Shown here in pieces: positions 37,045-46,098 of a stretch of DNA of 64,000 nt. Origin of the DNA: an uncultured Acidobacteriota bacterium (GTDB lineage Bacteria > Acidobacteriota > Thermoanaerobaculia > Multivoradales > JAHEKO01); contig CAVQNG010000025.1 of assembly GCA_963713825.1 (NCBI GenBank), positions 832,001 through 896,000 of the forward strand, given 5' to 3'. The notes beneath the pieces were generated by a model. It worked only from the letters and a program-made list of their open reading frames with translations. It had not been told where the DNA came from and made no database searches. How positions within the stretch are numbered: position 1 is the stretch's first letter; each line of letters opens with the position of its first letter. The translations under genes were made by a program, and so were the position numbers.

Positions 37045-38658
37045 GTGCAGAGACTCATCGTATTGGTGGCGGTGACGATCCCGACCATCGCGTCTGGATC
37101 GTCGCCGCCCTATTTCGTCGATATCGCCGCCGAGGCTGGTGTCGTTGCGCCGACCTGGTGCGGCCGCGACGACAAACCCCACATCATGGAGTCGAACGGC
37201 ACCGGGCTCGGTCTGGTCGACTACGACTCCGATGGTGATCTGGACCTCTACCTCGTGAACGGCTGGCGTCTGGAGGGCGAGGAGATTGCCGAGCGTGGTC
37301 GGGACGTCTTGTATCGCAATGAGGGCCATGGCCAATTCCTGGATGTCACCGCAGCCGCCGGGTTGGGCTCGGACGCCTGGGGTTCCGGAATGGCGACCGG
37401 AGACGCCAACGGCGACGGGTTGGTGGACCTTTTTGTGACCAACTTCGGAACAGACGTCCTGTATCTCAACCGCGGCGACGGCACCTTCGAAGAGCACTCG
37501 GAGTCACCGAACCTGGAGGGCTGGTCGGCCGGGGCGGTCTTCTTCGATGCGGACGGCGACGGGGACGAAGACCTCTATGTGGGTGGATACATCGACTGCA
37601 CGCTGCAGGAAGTCCTCGAAGAAAAGCCCAGCCTGGTCTGGGAGGGCATCAATGTGATGCTCGGGCCCTTCGGACTCGAGGGGCTCGGCAACAAGTTCTT
37701 CAGGAATCAGGGTGGCGGCAAGTTCGAGGAAGCGACCGAAGAGGTGGGCCTCGAGGACGTCGGGCTGTTCTACACCTTCGGCATCCTCGCTGCGGACCTC
37801 GACGGCGATCTGGACCTGGATATCTACGCGGCGAACGATTCCAATCCCAACTACCTCTACAGCAACGACGGTGGTGTGTTTCAGGAAGTCGGTTTGTGGA
37901 GCGGTGCGGCCCTGGACGAGGGCGGCGCCGCCCAGGCTGGCATGGGGCTCGCCGCCGGGGATATCGAGAGCGACGGTCTGGTCGATCTGTTGGTCACGAA
38001 CTTTCAGCAGGACATGTCGACGCTATACCGCAACCTGGGGGAGATGATTTTCGAGGATGTCACCCGCAGCGTGCAGCTCGGCGGACCGACGTTCTCGCTG
38101 CTTTCCTGGGGAACGACCCTGTCGGATCTCGACCAGGATGGCGACCTGGATATCTTCGTGGCCAACGGCCACATCTATCCTCAAGCGGATCTCGTTGCCG
38201 ACAAGGTCGGCGGTGGCTTTCGGCAGCCCAACCTTCTGCTCGTCGACCAGGACGGGACCCTGGTCGATGTCTCCTCCGAGGCGGGCCCTGGTCTCGCCGT
38301 CGAAGAAGTGAGCCATGGAGTGGCGGTCGGCGATATCGACTTCGATGGCGACTTGGACATAGCCATTTCCAATGTCGACGAACCCCCGACGCTGCTGAGA
38401 AACGACACCGAGGAGCCGGGCGCCTTCTTGCTCGTCGATGCACCCCTGGCCGTGCGAGTGGAGGCCGTACATGGGGAAGAAAAGTGGATCCGGCATCGGG
38501 TGATCGGCGGGTCCTTCCTGTCGGTTAGCGATCGACGTTTCCACTTCGGTTTCGGCGCGGCGCGACAACTGGACGATCTGACGCTCATCTGGCCAGACGG
38601 CTTCCAGCGCAGACTGCTCGACGTCCCTATGAACCACACCCTCAAGCTCGAACGGTGA
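37045..38658 (+). CDS. CRTAC1/ASPIC-UnbV family FG-GAP beta-propeller protein
   Basis: Repeated D-x-D-x-DG-x-x-D Ca-binding motifs, AGMG, SWG, ANGHIYPQ, and a C-terminal ASPIC/UnbV-like GGSFLS..HFGFG..WPDG. Confidence 0.88.
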   Translation: MQRLIVLVAVTIPTIASGSSPPYFVDIAAEAGVVAPTWCGRDDKPHIMESNGTGLGLVDYDSDGDLDLYLVNGWRLEGEEIAERGRDVLYRNEGHGQFLDVTAAAGLGSDAWGSGMATGDANGDGLVDLFVTNFGTDVLYLNRGDGTFEEHSESPNLEGWSAGAVFFDADGDGDEDLYVGGYIDCTLQEVLEEKPSLVWEGINVMLGPFGLEGLGNKFFRNQGGGKFEEATEEVGLEDVGLFYTFGILAADLDGDLDLDIYAANDSNPNYLYSNDGGVFQEVGLWSGAALDEGGAAQAGMGLAAGDIESDGLVDLLVTNFQQDMSTLYRNLGEMIFEDVTRSVQLGGPTFSLLSWGTTLSDLDQDGDLDIFVANGHIYPQADLVADKVGGGFRQPNLLLVDQDGTLVDVSSEAGPGLAVEEVSHGVAVGDIDFDGDLDIAISNVDEPPTLLRNDTEEPGAFLLVDAPLAVRVEAVHGEEKWIRHRVIGGSFLSVSDRRFHFGFGAARQLDDLTLIWPDGFQRRLLDVPMNHTLKLER

Positions 38659-38691
38659 GCCCAGGCGCGAGCCCGGCTGATTCGGCATTTC

Positions 38692-38707
38692 TGGTACGGC
38701 GATTGCT
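38692..38707 (+). promoter_or_regulatory. Sigma-54 (-24/-12) promoter of the ABC-Bat operon
   Basis: TGGTACGGCGATTGCT matches TGGCACG-N4-TTGCW with one mismatch and exact GG-N10-GC spacing. It is intergenic, about 135 nt before the first gene. Confidence 0.65.
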
Positions 38708-38842
38708 ATTAGAAGTCAGGTGAGGTGCCGCCGGGGCCTGAGAAGAGGCGCCAGCGCGCCTCAACAGGTCATTTTGGCGCGTCGCGGGAGCGACAGGGAT
38801 CCCTTGTGGCACTTGTGATCGCTGGCCATACGAGAGGTGAAC

Positions 38843-39796
38843 ATGGAGGGGAACTCGAAACAAAGTGCGGGCGAGCTGCTGATCGGGGTGCAGGGTCTGG
38901 TCAAGCACTACGGCCCGATTCGGGCCGTCGACGGCATCAGCTTCGAGGTCCGCAGAGGCGATGTGCTGGGCTTTCTGGGTCCGAATGGGGCGGGAAAGAC
39001 CACCGCCATGAAGATGATCACCGGTTTCGTGGAGCCCGATCGGGGCCGGGTGATCGTTGCCGGTCATGACCTTGCCCATGAATCGTTGGAAGCGCGTCGC
39101 AAGATGGGCTACCTACCCGAGACCGCGCCGGCCTACGGTGAAATGACGGTGGCTGGCTTTCTCGAGTTCATCGCTGAGGCTCGCGGGGTGGGCAACGTCG
39201 CTGCAGCCCTGGACAGAGTGATCGAGGCGGCTGCCTTGGGTCGTGTCGTTCATCAGACGATCGAAACGCTGTCGAAAGGATTTCAGCGGCGGGTGAGCTT
39301 GGCCCAGGCGCTGATCCACGACCCGGAAGTGCTGATTCTCGATGAGCCGACTGACGGCCTCGACCCCAATCAGAAGGCGGTTGTTCAGGAGCTCATCGCC
39401 GGTCTGTCAAAGGGTAGGGCGATCGTTTTGTCGACCCATATCCTCGATGAAGCGGAAAGAGTCTGCAATCGGGCCCTGGTCATTTCCGAGGGCAAGATCC
39501 TGGTGGACTCCACCCCCGAGGCGCTGATCTCCAGGGCTCCCAATCACAACGTCATGCGACTCGTGCTGGACTCGAGTGCGGTTCCTGATCTGCTCACTTC
39601 TCTGGAGGGGAAGCTCTGGTGCGACCGGGTGGAACGGCTCTCCGAGACGACCATCGATGTCTATCCGCAGCATGGCGAGAATCACCTCGGGGAGATGATG
39701 GAGCTGACCGCGAGCCTGGAAATTCACAGCATTCATCTGCAGGAGGGGCGCTTGAACGAGCTCTTTCGCGACATCACTCGAGGGGTGGAGGCATGA
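38843..39796 (+). CDS. ABC transporter ATP-binding protein (GldA-like)
   Basis: Walker A GPNGAGKTT, GYLPE, signature LSKGFQRR, ILDEPTDGLDPNQ, STHIL. Alternative start GTG 38837. Confidence 0.92.
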   Translation: MEGNSKQSAGELLIGVQGLVKHYGPIRAVDGISFEVRRGDVLGFLGPNGAGKTTAMKMITGFVEPDRGRVIVAGHDLAHESLEARRKMGYLPETAPAYGEMTVAGFLEFIAEARGVGNVAAALDRVIEAAALGRVVHQTIETLSKGFQRRVSLAQALIHDPEVLILDEPTDGLDPNQKAVVQELIAGLSKGRAIVLSTHILDEAERVCNRALVISEGKILVDSTPEALISRAPNHNVMRLVLDSSAVPDLLTSLEGKLWCDRVERLSETTIDVYPQHGENHLGEMMELTASLEIHSIHLQEGRLNELFRDITRGVEA

Positions 39797-40542
39797 GGCG
39801 CTTCACCGGCATGAAGCCGGTTTTTCGGCGAGAGTTCAAGGCTTATTTTTCTTCACCCCTGGGTTACGTCTACATCGTCATCTTTCTGGTGGCGAGCGGT
39901 TTTCTGACGCTGTCGAGGGATTTCGGGCGCCTGTTGGAGCTCCGTCAGACCGACCTGACGCCTTTCTTCAACTACCTGCCATGGCTCTTCGTGGTCCTGG
40001 TGCCGGCGGTAGCCATGCGTCTGTGGGCTGAGGAGCGCAAGTCTGGAACCGTGGAGCTGCTGTTGACCCTGCCGATCACACTGGAAGGCGCCTATCTCGG
40101 CAAGTTCCTCGCAGGTTGGAGCTTCCTGGGAGTTTCCCTGCTCCTTACTTGGCCCGTGGTCTTTCAGGCGGCACGTCTCGGAGACCCCGATTGGGGCGTC
40201 GTTCTGAGCGGTTACCTGGCCTCGTTTCTGACAGCTGGAGCCTTCCTCGCGGTCGGCATGTTGTTCTCGGCGCTGAGTCGCAATCAGGTGGTGGCCTTCA
40301 TCTTGGCCGTCGCCGCCTCGGTCGCTTTTCTCCTGCTCGGCCTGCCACAGACCCTCGAGACGATAGGCAACCTGCTGGGAGGCTACGTGGGGCAGCTGTT
40401 CGCCAGCATCAGTCTGGTCGACCATTTCGAAGCGATGAGCCGAGGGCTGATCGAACTGCGATCGCTGGTCTTCTTCCTTCTGTTCACCGTCGGTTGGCTG
40501 GCCAGCGGAATGCTGGTTCTGGACCGCACTCGGGCATCGTAG
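39793..40542 (+). CDS. ABC-2 permease (GldF-like)
   Basis: Motifs REFKAYFSSPLGY, PAVAMRLWAEERKSGTVELLLTLP, GKFLA, SALSRNQVVAF. ATGA overlap with the ATPase. Confidence 0.9.
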   Translation: MRRFTGMKPVFRREFKAYFSSPLGYVYIVIFLVASGFLTLSRDFGRLLELRQTDLTPFFNYLPWLFVVLVPAVAMRLWAEERKSGTVELLLTLPITLEGAYLGKFLAGWSFLGVSLLLTWPVVFQAARLGDPDWGVVLSGYLASFLTAGAFLAVGMLFSALSRNQVVAFILAVAASVAFLLLGLPQTLETIGNLLGGYVGQLFASISLVDHFEAMSRGLIELRSLVFFLLFTVGWLASGMLVLDRTRAS

Positions 40543-40557
40543 GTGGGGAGCGGCGAC

Positions 40558-42582
40558 ATGTGGAACAGCAGGTTATTGACCATCGTACTGATCGGGCTGA
40601 CGACCCTGTTCGCGAATCATCTGGCCTTCCGCGCTCTGGAGGGTAGCCGGTTCGACGTCACGGCGGACGGTCTGTACTCCCTGAGCGACGGTAGCAAGGA
40701 CATTCTGCAGAGGATGATCGAAGAAGGCGTCAAACCGATCGAGATCGACCTCTTCTTCTCGGAGACGACGGGAAAGACGCTGCCTCGCTTCATCAAGAAT
40801 TTCGTTACCTATGAGCGCTACCTGCGGAGCCTGCTGAAGGAATACGAGAGGGCTTCGGAGGGCCGGATTCAGGTGCGCTTCATCGATCCGGTGACGGACA
40901 GCGACGAGGCCGAGGACGCTCTGGACTTCGGGCTCGATGGCAAAGCGATCAACCAGGAGGGCGACCTCTTTTTCTTTGGCCTGGTCTTTCAGACCCAGAC
41001 CGGGAGTCGGGATGTGATCGACTTCCTGTGGCCCAATCAGCAGGAGACCATCGAGTACGAGATCTCCAAGAAGATCCACTCATTGCTGTGGCCCTCCGGC
41101 AAGACGATCGGCATCCTGTCGTCTCTGGAGGTCTTTGGCGGCGCCAACAATCCGTACATGGCGCAAATGCTGGCCGCCCAGGGCCGCACACCGCCCGAAA
41201 AGTGGATCGCCGTCCAGGTGTTGGAAGAGTCGTACCAGGTGCGACCGATCGATACCGGCACGGACCACATTTCACCAGACGAGTTCGACCTGGTTGTTGT
41301 CATCCACCCCAAAGGCCTGAGCACCAGGACTCTCTGGGCACTCGACGAGTGGGTCGTCCGGGGAGGCAACACGATGGTCTTTCTGGACCCCTATGCCCTG
41401 GACGACCGGCCGCCGGAGAACCCTCAACAGCCCTGGCAGAGCCTGCAGTACCGACCCGCCTCCGACTTGGCGGATCTCTTGGCAGCCTGGGGTCTTCGCA
41501 TGCCCGCAGATCAGTTTGCGGCCGACCTCGAGCTGGCTGTCAGGCGGGCGGTGGGCCCGCGAGGTCCTGCGGAGACCGTGGTGGTCGACCTCGCCATGGA
41601 GGAAGCCGATCGGCAAGCAACCATGGACACCTCTCACCCGATTCTCCAGGGAATCTCGAGTTTGCGGTTTCTCTTGGCCGGTGCTCTGGAACCGACAGGG
41701 CGGGAAGGAGTAGCGACGTCACGGTTGGTTGGGACGACCGAGAGCGGCGGCAAACTCGACATCGAGCCCGGCTTCGGGGATGGCGACGCTCTGGCCTACA
41801 CCGACTTGAACAGTCCATCCCGGTTGCGCGATGCGTTGGTGCCCGGCGATGGCGTGGTCGCTCTGGGCTATCAGGTCAGCGGCCGTATCGCCTCGGCCTT
41901 TCCACAGGGGGTCGAGTTTCCGGCGCAGGAGCCCGAGACCCCTCCGGGTCTGCCTCCGGGAGTGGAGATTCCGCCGCCTGCCGACGCCGAGATGATCCGC
42001 CGGGAACCGGTACCCGAGTCCGAGCGCGGGGAGGCTACAGTGCTGGTTTTCTCGGACGTCGACGTATTGTCGGACGCCATCGCTTTCGAACGCAATTTCC
42101 TGGGACTGGTGATGAGCGCCAACGACAACCACAAGTTGCTCCTGAACAGCGTCGATTTCCTTCTGGGCGCCAGGGAGCTGATGGCCGTCAGGGCGAAACA
42201 GTCGATCACCCGCCCCTTCGTTCTGTTCGACGAGATCGAGGCCACGGCCGAGAAAGAGACGCTCGATCGAGAACGGCAGCTGAGGGCGGATGTCGAGGCG
42301 GCAGAGGTGGAGCTGCGGGCGAAACAGCAGGAGCTCAGTGGCAACAACGCGGCACTCTTCCAGAAGCGCCTGCAGGACGAAGTGGACCGACTCAACGAGA
42401 CGGTTCAAGAGGGCAATCGCGAGTTGAGAGAAATCCGCCAAGCGAGGCGTGAAGCATTGCAGAAGGAGGAGGCCAAGGTTCGCAGGTCGGTGCTGGGCTG
42501 GATGCCGACTCTGGTACTGGTCGTTGGCCTGACACTGGCTGTGCGCCGACGCAGGAAGCACGTTCAGGCCCTGGGGAGGTAA
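40558..42582 (+). CDS. GldG-like ABC auxiliary membrane protein
   Basis: N-terminal TM, RFDVT..LYSLS, LLKEY, IEYEI, LD-x-WV-x-x-GG, N-x-VDFL, a long coiled coil and a C-terminal TM. Confidence 0.85.
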   Translation: MWNSRLLTIVLIGLTTLFANHLAFRALEGSRFDVTADGLYSLSDGSKDILQRMIEEGVKPIEIDLFFSETTGKTLPRFIKNFVTYERYLRSLLKEYERASEGRIQVRFIDPVTDSDEAEDALDFGLDGKAINQEGDLFFFGLVFQTQTGSRDVIDFLWPNQQETIEYEISKKIHSLLWPSGKTIGILSSLEVFGGANNPYMAQMLAAQGRTPPEKWIAVQVLEESYQVRPIDTGTDHISPDEFDLVVVIHPKGLSTRTLWALDEWVVRGGNTMVFLDPYALDDRPPENPQQPWQSLQYRPASDLADLLAAWGLRMPADQFAADLELAVRRAVGPRGPAETVVVDLAMEEADRQATMDTSHPILQGISSLRFLLAGALEPTGREGVATSRLVGTTESGGKLDIEPGFGDGDALAYTDLNSPSRLRDALVPGDGVVALGYQVSGRIASAFPQGVEFPAQEPETPPGLPPGVEIPPPADAEMIRREPVPESERGEATVLVFSDVDVLSDAIAFERNFLGLVMSANDNHKLLLNSVDFLLGARELMAVRAKQSITRPFVLFDEIEATAEKETLDRERQLRADVEAAEVELRAKQQELSGNNAALFQKRLQDEVDRLNETVQEGNRELREIRQARREALQKEEAKVRRSVLGWMPTLVLVVGLTLAVRRRRKHVQALGR

Positions 42583-42585
42583 AGG

Positions 42586-43641
42586 GTGAGTTCCGTGAGC
42601 AAGACGAATCGCAATCTGACGATCCTTACCTTGGTGTTGATGGCCCTGTCTCTGTGGGCCTACCGGGAGAGCGTCAGTCGAGCCGACCGGTTTCAGCGAG
42701 GGCAGGCGTTTTTGTCGAACCTCAATCCAGATGAGATCGCCCGAGTGGAGATTCGTCAGGCCGGCGCATCGGTGACCTTGGAAAGGCAGGGCGAGACATT
42801 TCGAGTCGTCGAGCAGCAGGGGTATCCGGCGAGCAATGCGGCGGTCAATCGACTGTTGGGAGATCTGCTGGAGATCAGCCTGGAGAAGGAGGTAGGACGC
42901 GGCACTGACCTGTCGTCGGAGCTGGGGCTGGAACCTGTCGAGGACTCCACGGTGGAGGTGTCTTTCCATGACGCCGCCCAGAAGGAGATGGTCCGTGTGC
43001 GGCTTGGTAGGGCGTTCGAAGGTGGCTCGGGGCGCTATGTGCAGAGGCTGGACCGGCCCGATGCCCCCATCTATCTCACGTCAGAGAGAATCGACGTCGC
43101 TGTCGATAGCAACGCTTTCCTCCGCCAGCAGATCCTCGACGTGGAGGGCTCGGAGGTCCTTCGCGTCGAAGGGCCGGACTTCACTCTGGCCAGGCCTGCC
43201 GAGGGCGGCGGGCTGAGCCTGATCGATGCCGCGGCCTCGGCTGAGATAGAGGTCGCCAAGGTCAACGGCCTCGAGTCGATCTTGAGAGGTCTGAGCTTCG
43301 AGAACGTCTTTGTCGCCGACGACGAGACAGTCCGGGATCTGGATTTTCGACCGGGCATGAGCATCGATCTGCAGGACGGCAGTGGCTATGACCTGTCGGT
43401 TGCCGAGCGAGAAGGCCGCTACTACCTGAGAATTGCGGGACGACATTTGGTATCCCAGGTGGCGATTTCCCTCGACGAGGCCGAAGAGGAGCTGCAGGAG
43501 AAAGCCGACATGCTGACCCGGGCTGACGAAATCGAGGACTTCAATCAGTTCCACGGCAGCTGGATCTACGAGGTCAGTCAGGCCGACGGCAAGAACCTTC
43601 TGCTGCGCAAGGCCGACCTTGTGAAGGTGGCAACGACTTGA
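42586..43641 (+). CDS. DUF4340-like membrane-anchored protein
   Basis: N-terminal TM, YPA..AVNRLL, LGL, GR..GRYV pattern. It occupies the usual position directly after GldG. Confidence 0.7.
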   Translation: MSSVSKTNRNLTILTLVLMALSLWAYRESVSRADRFQRGQAFLSNLNPDEIARVEIRQAGASVTLERQGETFRVVEQQGYPASNAAVNRLLGDLLEISLEKEVGRGTDLSSELGLEPVEDSTVEVSFHDAAQKEMVRVRLGRAFEGGSGRYVQRLDRPDAPIYLTSERIDVAVDSNAFLRQQILDVEGSEVLRVEGPDFTLARPAEGGGLSLIDAAASAEIEVAKVNGLESILRGLSFENVFVADDETVRDLDFRPGMSIDLQDGSGYDLSVAEREGRYYLRIAGRHLVSQVAISLDEAEEELQEKADMLTRADEIEDFNQFHGSWIYEVSQADGKNLLLRKADLVKVATT

Positions 43642-44999
43642 AATCTGGGGCGCGAAGAAGGGCTCTGGTGCTGGTGGCGGCGCTCGAGCTCGCAGCGGCG
43701 AGCTCGATGGCGGACGTCGGCGATCTGTTGCGACAGAACTCGATTGTGCCTGTCGAGCCGCCGACCGGAGCGGCCGACTTCACGTTGCCCATGCTCGCTG
43801 GTGGCAGCGGTTCACTGTCCGACTTTCAGGGCCAGTGGGTGGTCCTGACTTTCTGGGCCAGTTGGTGCGGGCCCTGCCGCATGGAGATGCCGACACTCGA
43901 GAAGCTCCACCAGCAACGTAGTGAGTCCGGCCTGGCGGTCATCGGTGTTTCGCTGGATTCGTCTCGGCATCTGGCCGATTCTTTTGCCAGTGAGCTGCAA
44001 GTGAGCTTTCCGCAGTTCTGGGACGAGGCGGGCCGCGTTGGAACCGACTATCGGGCTACCGCCATTCCTCTGACGTATCTCATCGACCCAGGCGGTCGAG
44101 TCGTGGGTACATCGCGCGGGGCGCGAGACTGGTCGGCCCTGGAGCCGATGCTGGACCGCCTTCTCGCGCAGGAGCCGGTGGAGATCGCATCGAGTGGATA
44201 CTCGCAAGACGGACCGCTGGAGCTGCCCGCGGTTCTCGATCCCCCGACCGCCGAGATCTCCCTGGTGCAGAGCTCGCAGCGCGTGGGTGAGGCGTTCCAT
44301 CTGGATATCCGAATGCACTGGGTCGGAACGCTCGAAGAGTATCTACCGCAGCCCCCGAAGGTGAGACTCCCCGAAGGCGTATCGATCGAAAGCACTGTGG
44401 CTTCGACCGATAGCAGAGACAGTGGAAGCGTCGTCTCGTATCGGATCACTCTGAAAGCAGATCGCCCCGGCAATTTCGCACTCGACCCCGTGGAGCTGAG
44501 GTACATCCCGAGCTCGACTGGGAGTCCAGTTGTCAGCCTGGTCGACGGGCCCACGGTCGAGGTCTTGGCTTCGGGTCTGAGCACTTTGAAGCCCCGCTCC
44601 GTAGCCCTTCTTGGAGGAGCGCTGATCCTGCTCGCCGTAGGAGCATTGCTGTACGCGCGACGACCCTCGACTCCTGAGACCGGCACCGATCGGGAGCTCG
44701 AGCGCTATCGGGCTCTGCGGGCCCGATTCGATGCCTGTCGTGCTCTGCGCCTGGAGGGCCGTGGCGGCGAGGTTGCTCTTGGCCTGGCCGAGTTGGAATT
44801 GGAGCTGGCGGGCGAGGACGAGGTCGAGCGAAGCAGGTTGCAGGAGCTCATCGAGAGCTTGCGCTTTGGTGGCCAGGTGCCCCCGAGCTCCGAGTTGGAC
44901 CGAGCCCAACGAAACATCGAACGACAGATCGAGGAATTGCGGCCGGATCCGGACCACCAGGTCCGCTCTCGCCTGCGAATGACGGATAGAACGAGCTGA
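43638..44999 (+). CDS. TlpA/ResA thioredoxin fused to a BatD-like Ig domain, TM and helical tail
   Basis: DFTL..FWASWCGPCRMEMP and IPLTYLID, then a beta-rich module (YRITLKADRPGNFALDPVELRY), a TM segment and a cytoplasmic tail. Confidence 0.8.
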   Translation: MKSGARRRALVLVAALELAAASSMADVGDLLRQNSIVPVEPPTGAADFTLPMLAGGSGSLSDFQGQWVVLTFWASWCGPCRMEMPTLEKLHQQRSESGLAVIGVSLDSSRHLADSFASELQVSFPQFWDEAGRVGTDYRATAIPLTYLIDPGGRVVGTSRGARDWSALEPMLDRLLAQEPVEIASSGYSQDGPLELPAVLDPPTAEISLVQSSQRVGEAFHLDIRMHWVGTLEEYLPQPPKVRLPEGVSIESTVASTDSRDSGSVVSYRITLKADRPGNFALDPVELRYIPSSTGSPVVSLVDGPTVEVLASGLSTLKPRSVALLGGALILLAVGALLYARRPSTPETGTDRELERYRALRARFDACRALRLEGRGGEVALGLAELELELAGEDEVERSRLQELIESLRFGGQVPPSSELDRAQRNIERQIEELRPDPDHQVRSRLRMTDRTS

Positions 45000-45026
45000 T
45001 TCGAAGGATCGGCTGGAGGAATTGCC

Positions 45027-46016
45027 ATGAGTGTTGCGCCCGAAGAGCTGGCACCCGAAATCGAAGCCCAGGCCCAGCAGCTCGACAAGCTGCGAGAGGA
45101 GATCGCCAAGGTCATCGTCGGTCAGGCCTACATGGTGGATCGACTGTTGATGGCGCTGATCGCCGACGGTCACATTCTGATCGAGGGCATTCCGGGCCTG
45201 GCCAAGACGACGGCCGTCAAGGCGGTTGCAGCTGCCCTGCATACGGGGTTCTCTCGCATCCAATTCACTCCAGATCTGTTGCCAGCCGATCTGATCGGGA
45301 CCGAAATCTACCGGCCTCAGCATCTGGACTTCCAAGTCAAGACCGGCCCCATCTTCAGCAACCTCGTGTTGGCGGACGAGATCAATCGTGCTCCGGCCAA
45401 GGTGCAGAGTGCCCTTCTCGAGGCCATGCAAGAGCGGCAGGTGACCATCGGTGACGAGACTCACGCCCTGCCCGACCCCTTCCTCGTGCTGGCCACCCAG
45501 AATCCGATCGAGCAGGAGGGCACCTACCCGCTGCCCGAAGCGCAAGTGGATCGCTTCATGCTCAAGCTGAAGGTCGGATATCCGAACAAGGAAGAGGAGA
45601 AGGAGATCCTGCGCCGAATGGCGAATCGGCAAAAGCCTACGATCGAACCGGTTCTCGGTCCGGAGGACATCCAGAAGATGCGCCAGGTGGCGGACCAGAT
45701 CTACCTGGATCCGAAGGTCGAGGACTACATCGTGGACGTCGTCTTCGCGACGCGCGAGCCGGCGGTCTACAAGCTCGAGAAGCTGGAGAACCTGATCGAC
45801 TACGGGGCTTCGCCGCGGGCCAGCATCTTTCTGGCGCAGACTGCCAAAGTCCAGGCCTTCATGTCGGGTCGTGCCTATGTGACTCCGCAGGATGTCAAGA
45901 ACGTGGGTCCGGATGTACTGCGGCACCGGATCCTGCTCTCGTACGAAGCCGAGGCCCAGGACCTGACCTCGGACGACGTCGTTCAGGAGGTCTTCAACAC
46001 GGTGGACGTTCCTTAG
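45027..46016 (+). CDS. moxR: MoxR-family AAA+ ATPase
   Basis: Motifs EGIPGLAKT, RIQFTPDLLPAD, LADEINRAPAKVQSALLEAMQE, ATQNPIEQEGTYPLPEAQVDRF, GASPRA. Confidence 0.95.
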   Translation: MSVAPEELAPEIEAQAQQLDKLREEIAKVIVGQAYMVDRLLMALIADGHILIEGIPGLAKTTAVKAVAAALHTGFSRIQFTPDLLPADLIGTEIYRPQHLDFQVKTGPIFSNLVLADEINRAPAKVQSALLEAMQERQVTIGDETHALPDPFLVLATQNPIEQEGTYPLPEAQVDRFMLKLKVGYPNKEEEKEILRRMANRQKPTIEPVLGPEDIQKMRQVADQIYLDPKVEDYIVDVVFATREPAVYKLEKLENLIDYGASPRASIFLAQTAKVQAFMSGRAYVTPQDVKNVGPDVLRHRILLSYEAEAQDLTSDDVVQEVFNTVDVP

Positions 46017-46098
46017 GGTCACCGCGTTTTGAAGCGGCCGGACCTGTGTGCCGGCCGATCTCTGAGGCAACAACGCGAACCAGGAAACGAAGAGATCG

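Noticed and set aside
38843-43641. Calling the ABC module a gliding-motility locus
   Set aside because: GldA/F/G-like ABC systems are widespread in non-gliding bacteria, and no gldK-N/spr or agl/glt genes are present here.
43856-43885. TlpA active site and ArsS C-terminus as additional selenoproteins
   Set aside because: Both use Cys codons with no in-frame TGA. I saw no other convincing UGA read-through and no tRNA-Sec in the window.
46044-46066. CGGCCGG..CCGGCCG hairpin between moxR and DUF58 as a terminator
   Set aside because: The stem is 7 bp with no U-tract and lies inside a conserved moxR-DUF58 pair. At most it is an mRNA stability element.
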